A program made the position numbers and the translations under genes. The notes beneath the pieces are model-generated. The model ran no database searches, was not told the DNA's origin, and saw only the letters and a program-made list of their open reading frames with translations. A stretch of 64,000 nt of DNA from Acholeplasmataceae bacterium (GTDB lineage: Bacteria > Bacillota_I > Bacilli_A > Acholeplasmatales > Acholeplasmataceae), in NCBI GenBank assembly GCA_041654955.1, contig JBAZCK010000001.1, positions 57,879 to 121,878 of the forward strand, written 5' to 3'. Shown here one piece after another: positions 41,992-51,695 of this stretch. Numbering within the stretch: position 1 is the stretch's first letter; every line of letters starts with the position of its first letter.

Positions 41992-42303
41992 AATGCAATC
42001 AATTGAAAATGATTTACAAATAGCTAAAGGTTCAGCAAACTTAAATGATGCGATCAACTACAAAGCAGTCTTGACAAATGATGTCGATTATCCTATGGAT
42101 GAATCTATGCCAGATTCTTTAAAAACAGTTAGGATGAACATCTCATATACAACAGATGATGAACAAAAAATAATTGATTATATGGATCATTTAATTGATG
42201 CGAATTACATCTATTATATAGCTACTATGCAAATGTCATTTTTAATGGATGGTAATGTTCAAGTTGAAATGATTGTCTAACGTTTTATAATCAAGCCTCA
42301 TAA
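41984..42303 (+). pseudogene. 5'-truncated fragment of a possible PilO-like protein
   Basis: No SD; in-frame stop at 41969. Restoring one T at ~42279 extends the end to VEMIVYTFYNQAS*. Confidence 0.4.
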
Positions 42304-42386
42304 CATTCAATAAATCTATATTTTAAAAACACGTACTTTATGTTATATCATTATATATGATATAATAATCTATAGGAGTTGATGAA

Positions 42387-43160
42387 GTGAATTTCTATCT
42401 TAATATAGGTCCCATTGTCATAGACTTATCAACATTAATCAGTTTTCTAATCGGCGTGAGTTTTGGGTTTTTCCTATTGCTCCTTATTTATCTATATGCA
42501 GTGTTAAAAAGTTTAAATAAAGGCTTAAAACTTAGAAAAGCTGACGAAACAGATATTGATGAAGAAGAAATTAAATGGCTGATCCAAGATGGACAAGCAC
42601 AATTTAAAAATAAAGAATTAAGAAATGAAGTAGGTTATGCAAAACATTTACAAAATATAACAGCTGAACTTACTGTAGATATCGCAAAAAAATTCTATCC
42701 GAAATCTAAGTATCCATATTTAGAACTTACAGTTGATGAAACATTAAATCTGGCTCACTATATTACAGATCGAGTTGAAGATTTATTACAAGGAAAAATA
42801 TTAAGAATGACTAGAGGTCTAACCTTAGCAAAAATTTATGAACTCAATGAAACAAAAACAAAAATTGATAACAATAAATTTGTAAAGGCAGCTAGAAAAT
42901 ATTCAAAAGTTACGAAAGCTGCAGTGGCGGTATTAAATGCTGTTAATCCAGTTTACTGGTTTAGAAAACTAACAAAAGAAACAGCTTTAAACATTATTGT
43001 CGTACGAATCGGCTTATCAATCATCGCAATTACGGGTGAAGAAACATATAAAATTTATAGTAAAAAAGTCTTTAATGTCGAAAAAACAATTGAGACTGGT
43101 GTAGATGATATTTATGAAGATTTGAAAAAAGATTTTGAAAATGCAGGTGAAGAAGAATGA
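42387..43160 (+). CDS. Hypothetical membrane-anchored protein, coupled to ftsK
   Basis: SD AGGAG plus GTG; N-terminal TM helix; ATGA overlap with the next gene. Confidence 0.8.
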   Translation: MNFYLNIGPIVIDLSTLISFLIGVSFGFFLLLLIYLYAVLKSLNKGLKLRKADETDIDEEEIKWLIQDGQAQFKNKELRNEVGYAKHLQNITAELTVDIAKKFYPKSKYPYLELTVDETLNLAHYITDRVEDLLQGKILRMTRGLTLAKIYELNETKTKIDNNKFVKAARKYSKVTKAAVAVLNAVNPVYWFRKLTKETALNIIVVRIGLSIIAITGEETYKIYSKKVFNVEKTIETGVDDIYEDLKKDFENAGEEE

Positions 43161-45253
43161 AAAAAGAAAAACAAGGTAATGAACAACCGATTCAAAAACC
43201 AGCTTTTATGATTTTTCAATTCGCAAAAATTGAAGGTATTAGAGGAAAACAAGTCTATAAAAAAGGTCATTTTGTCTCCCCTATTTTTGGAACAAGAGTT
43301 AAAGATGTCGTGACTGTTCCTTTTACCGTGAAAAATACTGGTGATACAACTAGAAGATTTGATGCATTTAGAACAAAACATAAAATGTCAGATCAAGAAG
43401 CGATTGACAAATATGGAACGAAATATTATGAGTTTACGAATATCGTTTCTCATAAAACAAGAACTGAAATTTTTGGACCTTCCGATTACCAACCTTCTGA
43501 TGAACCAGATCAAGAAGAAGTTCATGAAAGAAAAATGATGAATCCAATTGGTGCCCAAAAGAAAAACGTTCAAAAGACAGAACCTAGAAAAACAGAAGAT
43601 TTTCCGTTTCATACAAAACCAATTGAAAAACCAAAACAAGTTTTTCATGCTCAACCTGTTGAAAATGAATATAAAAAAGAAGAACCAAAAGTTGAAACAT
43701 ATAAACGCGATAAAGAACAATTACCAAAAGAAGTCCAAACATCAGAATTTGGATCAATTGCGGATGAGCTAAGACAACAAAGAAAAGAAACTTCACCGCA
43801 ACCTTTTAAACCTGCACAACAAAAAGAAGCTTATCAATATCCTAACTTATCAATGTTTTCTAAAAAGGATAGAGATTTAAATGAGCAACCTCAATGGTTA
43901 CTTGACCAAATTGATGTGATTAATGCAACACTATCCCAATTTGGCGTTGAAGGATCTGTTAAGTCTAGTAAAAAAGGACCTACGGTTACAAGATATGAAA
44001 TTGCATTAGAACCAGGTGTCAACGTTAAACGTGTATTATCAATTAGTGATAATTTAATGATGAGTCTGGCTTCTAAATCATTAAGAATTGAAGCTCCAAT
44101 TCCAGGTAAGCCTTATGTTGGACTTGAAGTACCTAATAAAATCCCAGAAATCGTAGCTTTCGGAAACGTTATTGATGATCCGAAATTTTATAATGATAAA
44201 GAGCATCCACTTAAAGTAGCTTTAGGTGTTGATATTGATGGTGAAAATATTTATGCAGATATCCAGGCAATGCCTCATGGGTTGATTGCAGGTGCAACCA
44301 ACAGTGGTAAGAGTGTTTGTGTGAATACGATTTTAGTTTCTTTATTACTAAAGAACTCACCTGAAGATTTAAAACTTATTTTAATTGACCCTAAAATGGT
44401 AGAGTTAACACCATATAATGATCTACCTCATTTAGTGACACCTGTAATTACAGATGTTAAAATGGCTGCACAAGCGCTAAATTGGGCAGTTAATGAAATG
44501 GAAAATAGATATCAAAAATTCTCACAAAGTAGAGCAAGAGATATAAGAACATTTAATGATAATGTTAAACGCGGTTTAATTGATGATCCAAAAATGCCTT
44601 ATATTGTCATTGTGATTGATGAGTTAGCAGACTTAATGATGGTTGCAGCACATGAAGTTGAAGATTCTATTCAAAGAATTACTCAAAAAGCAAGAGCTGC
44701 TGGTATCCATTTATTAGTAGCAACACAAAGACCTACTACTGATGTAGTTAAAGGCACGATTAAATCAAATATTCCAGTAAGAATCGCATTTAAAGTATCA
44801 TCATTTGTTGATTCTACAACGATTTTAGATGGTGCTGGCGCTGAAACTTTACTCGGTAAAGGCGATATGTTATTTAAACGTAGTGATCGTCCACATCGTC
44901 TACAAGGTGCTTATATTCCAGATGATGAAATTTATAGAGTCACTGATTTTATAAGAGAGCGTTATGATAAGAATTATATCTTTGAACATGAAGCGTTAAG
45001 ACAACAAGCAGAACTTAAAGAAATCGCATCTGATGATTTATTTGAAGATGTTGCATATTTTGTAGTTGAAACAGAAAATGCTTCAATTAACAGCATTCAA
45101 AAGCAATTTGAAATTGGCTTTAATAGAGCACAAAAAATTGTAGAAATGCTTGAATATTATCAAATTGTTTCACAATCACAAGGAACTAAAGCTAGAGAAG
45201 TTTTAGTCAATGTAAGTCAATTAAACGATATTTTAGGTAAAAACGAATTATAA
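43157..45253 (+). CDS. ftsK: FtsK/SpoIIIE family DNA translocase, soluble SftA-like
   Basis: RIEAPIPGK, GATNSGKS, IDELADLM, ATQRP, gamma domain IGFNRA; no N-terminal TM helices. Confidence 0.93.
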   Translation: MKKEKQGNEQPIQKPAFMIFQFAKIEGIRGKQVYKKGHFVSPIFGTRVKDVVTVPFTVKNTGDTTRRFDAFRTKHKMSDQEAIDKYGTKYYEFTNIVSHKTRTEIFGPSDYQPSDEPDQEEVHERKMMNPIGAQKKNVQKTEPRKTEDFPFHTKPIEKPKQVFHAQPVENEYKKEEPKVETYKRDKEQLPKEVQTSEFGSIADELRQQRKETSPQPFKPAQQKEAYQYPNLSMFSKKDRDLNEQPQWLLDQIDVINATLSQFGVEGSVKSSKKGPTVTRYEIALEPGVNVKRVLSISDNLMMSLASKSLRIEAPIPGKPYVGLEVPNKIPEIVAFGNVIDDPKFYNDKEHPLKVALGVDIDGENIYADIQAMPHGLIAGATNSGKSVCVNTILVSLLLKNSPEDLKLILIDPKMVELTPYNDLPHLVTPVITDVKMAAQALNWAVNEMENRYQKFSQSRARDIRTFNDNVKRGLIDDPKMPYIVIVIDELADLMMVAAHEVEDSIQRITQKARAAGIHLLVATQRPTTDVVKGTIKSNIPVRIAFKVSSFVDSTTILDGAGAETLLGKGDMLFKRSDRPHRLQGAYIPDDEIYRVTDFIRERYDKNYIFEHEALRQQAELKEIASDDLFEDVAYFVVETENASINSIQKQFEIGFNRAQKIVEMLEYYQIVSQSQGTKAREVLVNVSQLNDILGKNEL

Positions 45254-45266
45254 AAGGAAGAAATCT

Positions 45267-46127
45267 ATGACATTAAAAAAAGCATATATCAATTTGTTGA
45301 TCGCAGTCATTTTAATCATTTTAAATATCATCCTATATGCTCTAGATGTTAGTAGATTAACTATTGGATGGACAACGACAGTGTTTTGGGTCGCTACAGT
45401 TTTTTCATTTATTTGTATTGGATTAAGTATATTCTATTTTGCAAATGAACATAAACTACCAAATATAGAAAATGAAATAGAAGTTGAAACAGAAGATGAA
45501 GAAAATCTAAATCCTTCACATACGATTAAGCATCGTTTTGTTATTTTAGATTGGTTATCTTTTTTAGGCATATCATTAATGCTTATACTAGTGATGTTTA
45601 TGTATTTTATTTTACCAACGAATGTTGAAGGTAGTTCGATGAAATCAACTTTACTAGATGGTGAAAGAGTACTTATGTATCATTATAAGTATGAGCCTAA
45701 AAGAAATGATGTCGTCATTGTTCATATTACTGATCGTTATTTAGACACATCAGGAAGACAAGTCAATCAATCAAATGAATATGATGATGAGTCTCAAGTT
45801 TATTTTGTTAAACGCGTGGTTGCAATCCCAGGTGATACAATCACTTTTGAAGAAATTGGCACTAGCGAAGTTTATCATATTTTAATTAACGGTGTTGTCT
45901 ATCAAAATCAATATTATCAAGTCTATCAAGTAGATGATGCTGGTAGACTTAAAATGCTATCTTATTTGGATGGAAATGACCAGTTAAGAGAAAATCAATA
46001 TTTTGCGTTTGGTGATAATGAGTCATTTTCATATGATAGCAGAAATATTGGCGCAATCCATAAAGAAGATATGATCGGCAAAGCAATTTACAAATTATTA
46101 CCTCTAGGAGGTATTTCTCATGGATAA
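45267..46127 (+). CDS. lepB: Signal peptidase I
   Basis: GSSM (Ser), VKRVVAIPGD (Lys), GDN...SYDSR; three N-terminal TM segments. Confidence 0.9.
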   Translation: MTLKKAYINLLIAVILIILNIILYALDVSRLTIGWTTTVFWVATVFSFICIGLSIFYFANEHKLPNIENEIEVETEDEENLNPSHTIKHRFVILDWLSFLGISLMLILVMFMYFILPTNVEGSSMKSTLLDGERVLMYHYKYEPKRNDVVIVHITDRYLDTSGRQVNQSNEYDDESQVYFVKRVVAIPGDTITFEEIGTSEVYHILINGVVYQNQYYQVYQVDDAGRLKMLSYLDGNDQLRENQYFAFGDNESFSYDSRNIGAIHKEDMIGKAIYKLLPLGGISHG

Positions 46128-46983
46128 AAAAGTTACTGAAAAACAAATTCAATGGTATCCAGGACATATGTTTAAATCGATTAGAGAGATTAAGGAAAAG
46201 ATTAAGCTGATGGATTTGGTCATCATCTTATTAGATGCACGACTTCCGATCTCATCTATGAATCCACAAATATTAGGCATAGTTAAACATAAACCAATTT
46301 TATTATTGTTTAATAAAATGGATCTAGCTGATCCAAATATACTAAATCAACATATAACTTATTACGAAGAAAATGGATTTGAAGGTTTAAAAATTGATGC
46401 GCAGTCACAAATTAACACTAATAAAATTCATGAAAAAGCTCAATCCATTTTAAAAGAAAAACTAGATAGAAACAAAGCTAAAGGGCTTTTAGAAAGACCG
46501 ATTAGAACGATGATATTAGGTATTCCAAATGTTGGAAAATCTACGTTAATTAATGCGCTTTCTGGTAAGAAAGCAACAAAAACTGGAAATAAACCAGGTG
46601 TTACAAAAGCTCAACAATGGATTAAATTAGGAAATAATTTCGAATTACTAGATACACCAGGTGTCTTGTGGCCAAGATTTGATGATCCCAAAGTTGGATA
46701 TCATTTAGCTGTTACTGGTGCTATAAAAGATGATATCATTCCAATTGATGATGTATGCCATTATGCATTAGTATTTTTAAAAGACCATTATCCAAAAAGA
46801 TTATTAGATAAATATGATATTCCTTTAGAGATGTTTGATTATGTAGAGATGTTAGATCAAATAGGTAAGCAAAGAGGTGCTTTATTAAAAGGTGCGGAAA
46901 TTGACTATGATAGAGTTTATCATATCATCTTAACAGATATTAGAAATAAAGCATTGGGAGGTTTGTCTTTTGACAGAATTTAA
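46120..46983 (+). CDS. rbgA: Ribosome biogenesis GTPase RbgA/YlqF
   Basis: IQWYPGHM, NKMD, GIPNVGKS, DTPG. Confidence 0.96.
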   Translation: MDKKVTEKQIQWYPGHMFKSIREIKEKIKLMDLVIILLDARLPISSMNPQILGIVKHKPILLLFNKMDLADPNILNQHITYYEENGFEGLKIDAQSQINTNKIHEKAQSILKEKLDRNKAKGLLERPIRTMILGIPNVGKSTLINALSGKKATKTGNKPGVTKAQQWIKLGNNFELLDTPGVLWPRFDDPKVGYHLAVTGAIKDDIIPIDDVCHYALVFLKDHYPKRLLDKYDIPLEMFDYVEMLDQIGKQRGALLKGAEIDYDRVYHIILTDIRNKALGGLSFDRI

Positions 46984-47626
46984 TTTATACGAATATGAAG
47001 ACAAGTTATATGAAAAAGGCATAACTTATATTGCTGGGATTGATGAAGCTGGTAGAGGTCCACTTGCTGGTCCAGTAGTAGCTGCAGCAGTCATATTAAA
47101 AAAAGGTGCGAAATTATCATATGTAGATGATTCAAAAAAATTAACTGAAAAACAAAGAGAAAAAGCATTGGCAGAAATTAAAAAGCATGCACTTGCTATA
47201 GGTATAGGTATTTCATCAGTTGAAGAAATTGATCGTATCAATATATATAGAGCAGCAAGAGAAGCTATGAAATCTGCAATTTCTCAATTAAAAATAAAAC
47301 CAGAATATTTACTTATTGATGCTATGCCAATAGAAATTGATATACCAAGCAGCTCAATTATTAAAGGGGACCAAAAATCCATTAGTATCGCTGCAGCATC
47401 AATTGTCGCAAAAACGACAAGAGATATGTATATGATTGAGATGGATAAAGTGTTTCCAAAGTATAACTTTAAACAACACAAAGGTTATGGCACAAAAGAA
47501 CATTTAGAACTCATTAAAAAATATGGATATACACCCATTCATCGAAAGACGTATGAGCCTATAAAATCAATGATTAAAGAAGAGTTAGAAAAAAAATATA
47601 AGAAGCATACACTTTTTGATGAGTAA
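46970..47626 (+). CDS. rnhB: Ribonuclease HII
   Basis: GIDEAGRG, DSKKL, IAAASIVAK, HKGYGT. Confidence 0.96.
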   Translation: MTEFNLYEYEDKLYEKGITYIAGIDEAGRGPLAGPVVAAAVILKKGAKLSYVDDSKKLTEKQREKALAEIKKHALAIGIGISSVEEIDRINIYRAAREAMKSAISQLKIKPEYLLIDAMPIEIDIPSSSIIKGDQKSISIAAASIVAKTTRDMYMIEMDKVFPKYNFKQHKGYGTKEHLELIKKYGYTPIHRKTYEPIKSMIKEELEKKYKKHTLFDE

Positions 47627-47654
47627 CATAAATAAAATACAAATATGAGATGAT

Positions 47655-47682
47655 AAGATGGATCAAGCATTCATCTTTTTTT
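47655..47682 (+). terminator. Terminator after rnhB
   Basis: AAGATGGAT-caagc-ATTCATCTT followed by a T run. Confidence 0.7.
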
Positions 47683-47831
47683 CATGAAAAGTAAAATCAC
47701 ATCTTTTCACACTAGAATAAAATGAAAAAAAGATATATATTATATAAATATATATGTAAAAATGTTATTATCTTTATGCTTGACTTTACAATTTTACTTA
47801 CTATAATAGATATGGAAATGGAAGTGTATAT

Positions 47832-49637
47832 ATGAATAACAAAAAATTAATCATCGTCGAATCACCATCTAAATCAAAAACAATTGCTACATATGTAGGT
47901 AGTGATGTTTTAGTCATGTCATCAAAAGGACATATCAGAGATTTAGCAACTTCTGGTAAAGATGGTCTAGGCATTGATATTGAAAATGATTTTCAACCAA
48001 GCTATAAAGTTATAACCGGTAAAAATACATTAGTTAAAGAATTAAAGTCTTATGCAAAAGATCGTCAAGTCTTGATTGCAACCGACCAAGATAGAGAAGG
48101 AGAAGCCATCGGATGGCACTTAGCTCAAATCTTAAATTTAGATCCTAATGATGAAAATCGAATTGTATTTAGAGAAATTACGAAACAAGCCATCGTTGAA
48201 GCACTTAATCATCCTCGAAAAATTGATCAAGATTTAGTTAACTCTCAAGAAGCTAGAAGAATTCTTGATCGTATTATCGGGTTTAAACTATCAAAATTAC
48301 TTCAATCTAAAATTAAATCTAAGTCAGCTGGCCGTGTGCAAAGTGTTGCTTTAAAGCTTATTGTAGATTTAGAAAAAGAAATTGAAGCATTCATCCCTGA
48401 AACATATTATGAAATTGATGCGGAATTCCCTCATTTTAAAGCGTCTTACCACATCGTTGGTAAAAGACGTTTAAAAAAGGAAGAAGCAGATTTAATAGTT
48501 AAAGAATCAACCAACCCATTTAAGGTTACTGATATTAGAGTTAAAACAGTTAAAAGAAAATCTAAACCAGCATTTATTACTTCAACCATGCAACAAGATG
48601 CAATTAATAATTTATCAATGAGTGCAGCAAAAACAATGTTGGTTGCTCAAAAATTATATGAAGGTATTGAAATTGATGGTGAGATTGTCGGTTTAATCAC
48701 GTATATGCGTACAGATTCTAACCGTTTGGCTGAGCCATTTATTAAAGAGACTCAAGCTTTTATTGAAAATCATTATGGTAAAAAATACTTAGGTCATTAT
48801 AAAACTTCAACAAAAGAAAATGCACAAGATGCCCATGAGGCAATTAGACCTACATCTATTGATCGTACACCAGAGATGATGAGTGAATACTTAGATAAAG
48901 ACGAACTTAAACTCTATAAAAGAATTTATGAACGCACGCTTGCATCATTAATGAGTGATGCAGTCTTTGAAAACACGAAAGTGGTTTTAACATCTAATGC
49001 ACACAATTATGATTTAGATGGTTCAATTTTAGTTTTTGATGGACACTTAAAAGTTTATCAAGAACAAAAGAATAAAGATAAAACAATTCCTAAATTGGAA
49101 TTGAACCAAGAGATCAATGCGAAAAATGTTGTTTCAATTGAGAAAGTTACAACACCACCAGCAAGATATTCAGAAGCTAGCTTAATTAAAGAAATGGAAG
49201 CTTTAGGTATTGGTAGACCATCAACTTATGCATCAATTATTCAAACACTTAAAAATAGAGCATATGTTCATTCAGAAGATAAAAAATTTGTTCCTACAGA
49301 TCAAGGGAAACTTACATCAAAAGAATTAGATGAATTCTTTCATAAAATTATTAATGTAGAATATACATCAAAAATGGAAAAGAAATTAGATGAGATTGCT
49401 GATGCAAAAGAATCTGGTGTAGAAATCGTATCTAAATTTTATCATTCATTTATACCCATGGTTGAACATGCACAAAAAAACATGAAGAAAATACCACCTA
49501 AAATGACAGATGAATTATGCCCAAAATGTGGTAAAACACTAGTCATTAGAAAGTCAAGATATGGTGAATTTGTTGCATGTAGTGGTTTTCCAAAATGCAG
49601 ATACATCAAAAATGATGATAAAAAAGAAGAAAAATAG
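47832..49637 (+). CDS. topA: DNA topoisomerase I
   Basis: IVESPSK, DQDREGE, SAGRVQ, ITYMRTD, GIGRPSTY; single C-terminal zinc ribbon. Confidence 0.96.
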   Translation: MNNKKLIIVESPSKSKTIATYVGSDVLVMSSKGHIRDLATSGKDGLGIDIENDFQPSYKVITGKNTLVKELKSYAKDRQVLIATDQDREGEAIGWHLAQILNLDPNDENRIVFREITKQAIVEALNHPRKIDQDLVNSQEARRILDRIIGFKLSKLLQSKIKSKSAGRVQSVALKLIVDLEKEIEAFIPETYYEIDAEFPHFKASYHIVGKRRLKKEEADLIVKESTNPFKVTDIRVKTVKRKSKPAFITSTMQQDAINNLSMSAAKTMLVAQKLYEGIEIDGEIVGLITYMRTDSNRLAEPFIKETQAFIENHYGKKYLGHYKTSTKENAQDAHEAIRPTSIDRTPEMMSEYLDKDELKLYKRIYERTLASLMSDAVFENTKVVLTSNAHNYDLDGSILVFDGHLKVYQEQKNKDKTIPKLELNQEINAKNVVSIEKVTTPPARYSEASLIKEMEALGIGRPSTYASIIQTLKNRAYVHSEDKKFVPTDQGKLTSKELDEFFHKIINVEYTSKMEKKLDEIADAKESGVEIVSKFYHSFIPMVEHAQKNMKKIPPKMTDELCPKCGKTLVIRKSRYGEFVACSGFPKCRYIKNDDKKEEK

Positions 49638-49691
49638 GCTACTAAATTACATCTTTGCTTTACAAACACAAAAAAAAGTGATAATATATCT

Positions 49692-49794
49692 ATGCATCCG
49701 AAATAAAGGATGTTACTTATCCCCTAATTAGTGTATGCATATACACAAAAATCCCCTTAATTGGTCTTCTGATCTTTTTCAGAAGGCCAATTTT
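49692..49794 (+). ncRNA. Candidate trans-acting sRNA with two AUCCCCU motifs
   Basis: Own promoter TTTACA(49659)-17-TAATAT(49682) with extended TG; two hairpins; two unpaired ATCCCCT; long terminator hairpin 49759-49794. Confidence 0.65.
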
Positions 49795-49856
49795 CATGAA
49801 ACACAAAATCAAGTATGATATAATATATATGAAACTGTAAAGGAAAGGAATTATCC

Positions 49857-50357
49857 ATGAAAACATTCAAAGGTAAACCTGTAACACTTATTGGTGATAC
49901 AAAAAAAGTTGGAGACAGTGCTCCTGATTTTAAAGTTTTAAACAATAAAAATGAATATGTAAGCTTATCAGATTATAAAACTAAATACATCATATTAAAT
50001 GTTGTGCCTTCATTAGATACAACAGTATGTGATCGTCAAACAAGAACAGTCAATCAAGAATTATCAGAAGTTGAAAATTTAACTGTATTAACCATTTCTA
50101 ATGACTTACCATTTGCACAAGCAAGATGGTGTGGAAATGCAGGTTTAGACAATGTCATCACATTAAGTGATTATATTGAACTAGATTTCGCAAATAAATA
50201 TGGGACATACATTAAAGAACTTAGGCTTCAAGCAAGAAGTGTATTTGTATTAGATGCTAATAGAAAAATCATTTATACAGAATATGTGGATGAAATGAGT
50301 TCACATTTAGACTTTGATAAATTACTTAGTTTTGTTAAAAACTTACCGAAAGAATAA
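49857..50357 (+). CDS. tpx: Thiol peroxidase (atypical 2-Cys peroxiredoxin)
   Basis: VPSLDTTVC, DLPFAQARWC. Confidence 0.94.
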   Translation: MKTFKGKPVTLIGDTKKVGDSAPDFKVLNNKNEYVSLSDYKTKYIILNVVPSLDTTVCDRQTRTVNQELSEVENLTVLTISNDLPFAQARWCGNAGLDNVITLSDYIELDFANKYGTYIKELRLQARSVFVLDANRKIIYTEYVDEMSSHLDFDKLLSFVKNLPKE

Positions 50358-50413
50358 CCTTTCGGTTTTCTTTTTCTTATGGTATAATATTTTAGGATTA
50401 TAGGAGAGATATC

Positions 50414-51370
50414 ATGGGACTTTTTAAAAAATTATTTGGTAAAAAAACTAAAAATGATAAATACGCATTAGGGCTTCATAAGACAAAAGAAAGCCTTAGT
50501 GACTTAAAACAAATATTAGCACAATCAACTGTGATTGATGATGAACTATTTGATGCACTAGAAGATATCTTTATCCAAGCTGATATAGGCGTGGATACAG
50601 TTATTTATTTTATTGAATCATTAAGAACTGAAGTTGAGCATAAACGTATATCTGATCCAAATGATTTAGCAGAAATCATCGTGGATAAGATGTTTGAAAT
50701 TTATTTAAAAGGTGAATTTCTTAATACAGAATTAAACTATGATGAAGGTGAACTCAATGTTTATCTGTTTGTTGGAGTCAATGGTGTAGGTAAAACAACA
50801 ACCATTGGAAAACTAGCAAAACAACTGCAAAATGAAGGCAAGAAAGTCATGATGGTTGCAGGTGATACATTTAGAGCTGGAGCTATAGAACAACTTAAGA
50901 TTTGGGGAAGTAGAAGTAACACATTTGTGTTTTCTAAACCTGAAGGCTCAGATCCATCAAGTGTGATTTATGATGCAATTGAACTTGCAAAAAAAGAAAA
51001 CTATGATGTCGTCTTATGTGATACTGCAGGAAGACTTCAAACAAAAGTTAACTTAATGAAAGAATTAGAAAAAATGAAGAGAGTCATTCAAAAAACACTA
51101 CCTAATGCACCTCAAGAAACATTACTTGTCATTGATGCGACTACAGGTCAAAATGGGATGCGTCAAGCAGAAGTGTTCAAAGAAGCTACTGATGTCTCAG
51201 GTATTATCTTAACTAAATTAGATGGTACTGCAAAAGGTGGTATTGTGCTTGCGATTAGACATCTTTATAACTTACCAATTAAATATGTTGGTTTAGGTGA
51301 AAAGATAGATGATTTAGTGTATTTTGATATTGAGCAATACATATACGGTTTATTTGAAGACTTTTTTTAA
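50414..51370 (+). CDS. ftsY: SRP receptor FtsY
   Basis: GVNGVGKTTT, DTFRAGA, DTAGR, TKLD. Confidence 0.96.
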   Translation: MGLFKKLFGKKTKNDKYALGLHKTKESLSDLKQILAQSTVIDDELFDALEDIFIQADIGVDTVIYFIESLRTEVEHKRISDPNDLAEIIVDKMFEIYLKGEFLNTELNYDEGELNVYLFVGVNGVGKTTTIGKLAKQLQNEGKKVMMVAGDTFRAGAIEQLKIWGSRSNTFVFSKPEGSDPSSVIYDAIELAKKENYDVVLCDTAGRLQTKVNLMKELEKMKRVIQKTLPNAPQETLLVIDATTGQNGMRQAEVFKEATDVSGIILTKLDGTAKGGIVLAIRHLYNLPIKYVGLGEKIDDLVYFDIEQYIYGLFEDFF

Positions 51371-51380
51371 GAAGGACACT

Positions 51381-51695
51381 ATGGAAAATTTAGAGAAGAA
51401 AGAACAATTAAATCAACTATTTGATATTTATCAATCGTTATTAACCGATAAACAAGTTGAATACTTTAGATATTATTATCAAGATGATTACTCACTTCAA
51501 GAAATTTCAGATTTATTAAAGGTGAGTAGACATGCAATCTTTGATCAACTCAAAAAAGTTGAAGCACATCTTTTTTCTTATGAAGAAAAGTTAAATATAT
51601 TTACACATAAACAGAAACGATCAGAAATTTTGGATCAATTAAAAAAAACAAAGGATTTATCTTTAATTGATCAATTAAGAAAGTTGGATGAATAA
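51381..51695 (+). CDS. ylxM: YlxM/p13 family protein
   Basis: LFDIYQSLLT.KQ, DYSLQEI; lies between ftsY and ffh. Confidence 0.88.
   Translation: MENLEKKEQLNQLFDIYQSLLTDKQVEYFRYYYQDDYSLQEISDLLKVSRHAIFDQLKKVEAHLFSYEEKLNIFTHKQKRSEILDQLKKTKDLSLIDQLRKLDE

Noticed and set aside
47722-47750. dif-like site (TATATA-TTATATAAAT)
   Set aside because: Only the spacer and right arm resemble Bacillus dif; the left arm does not match, and gene strand bias does not switch here
49757-49945. Minus ORF overlapping the sRNA terminator, as a type I toxin
   Set aside because: Mostly antisense to tpx, no SD and no convincing TM helix
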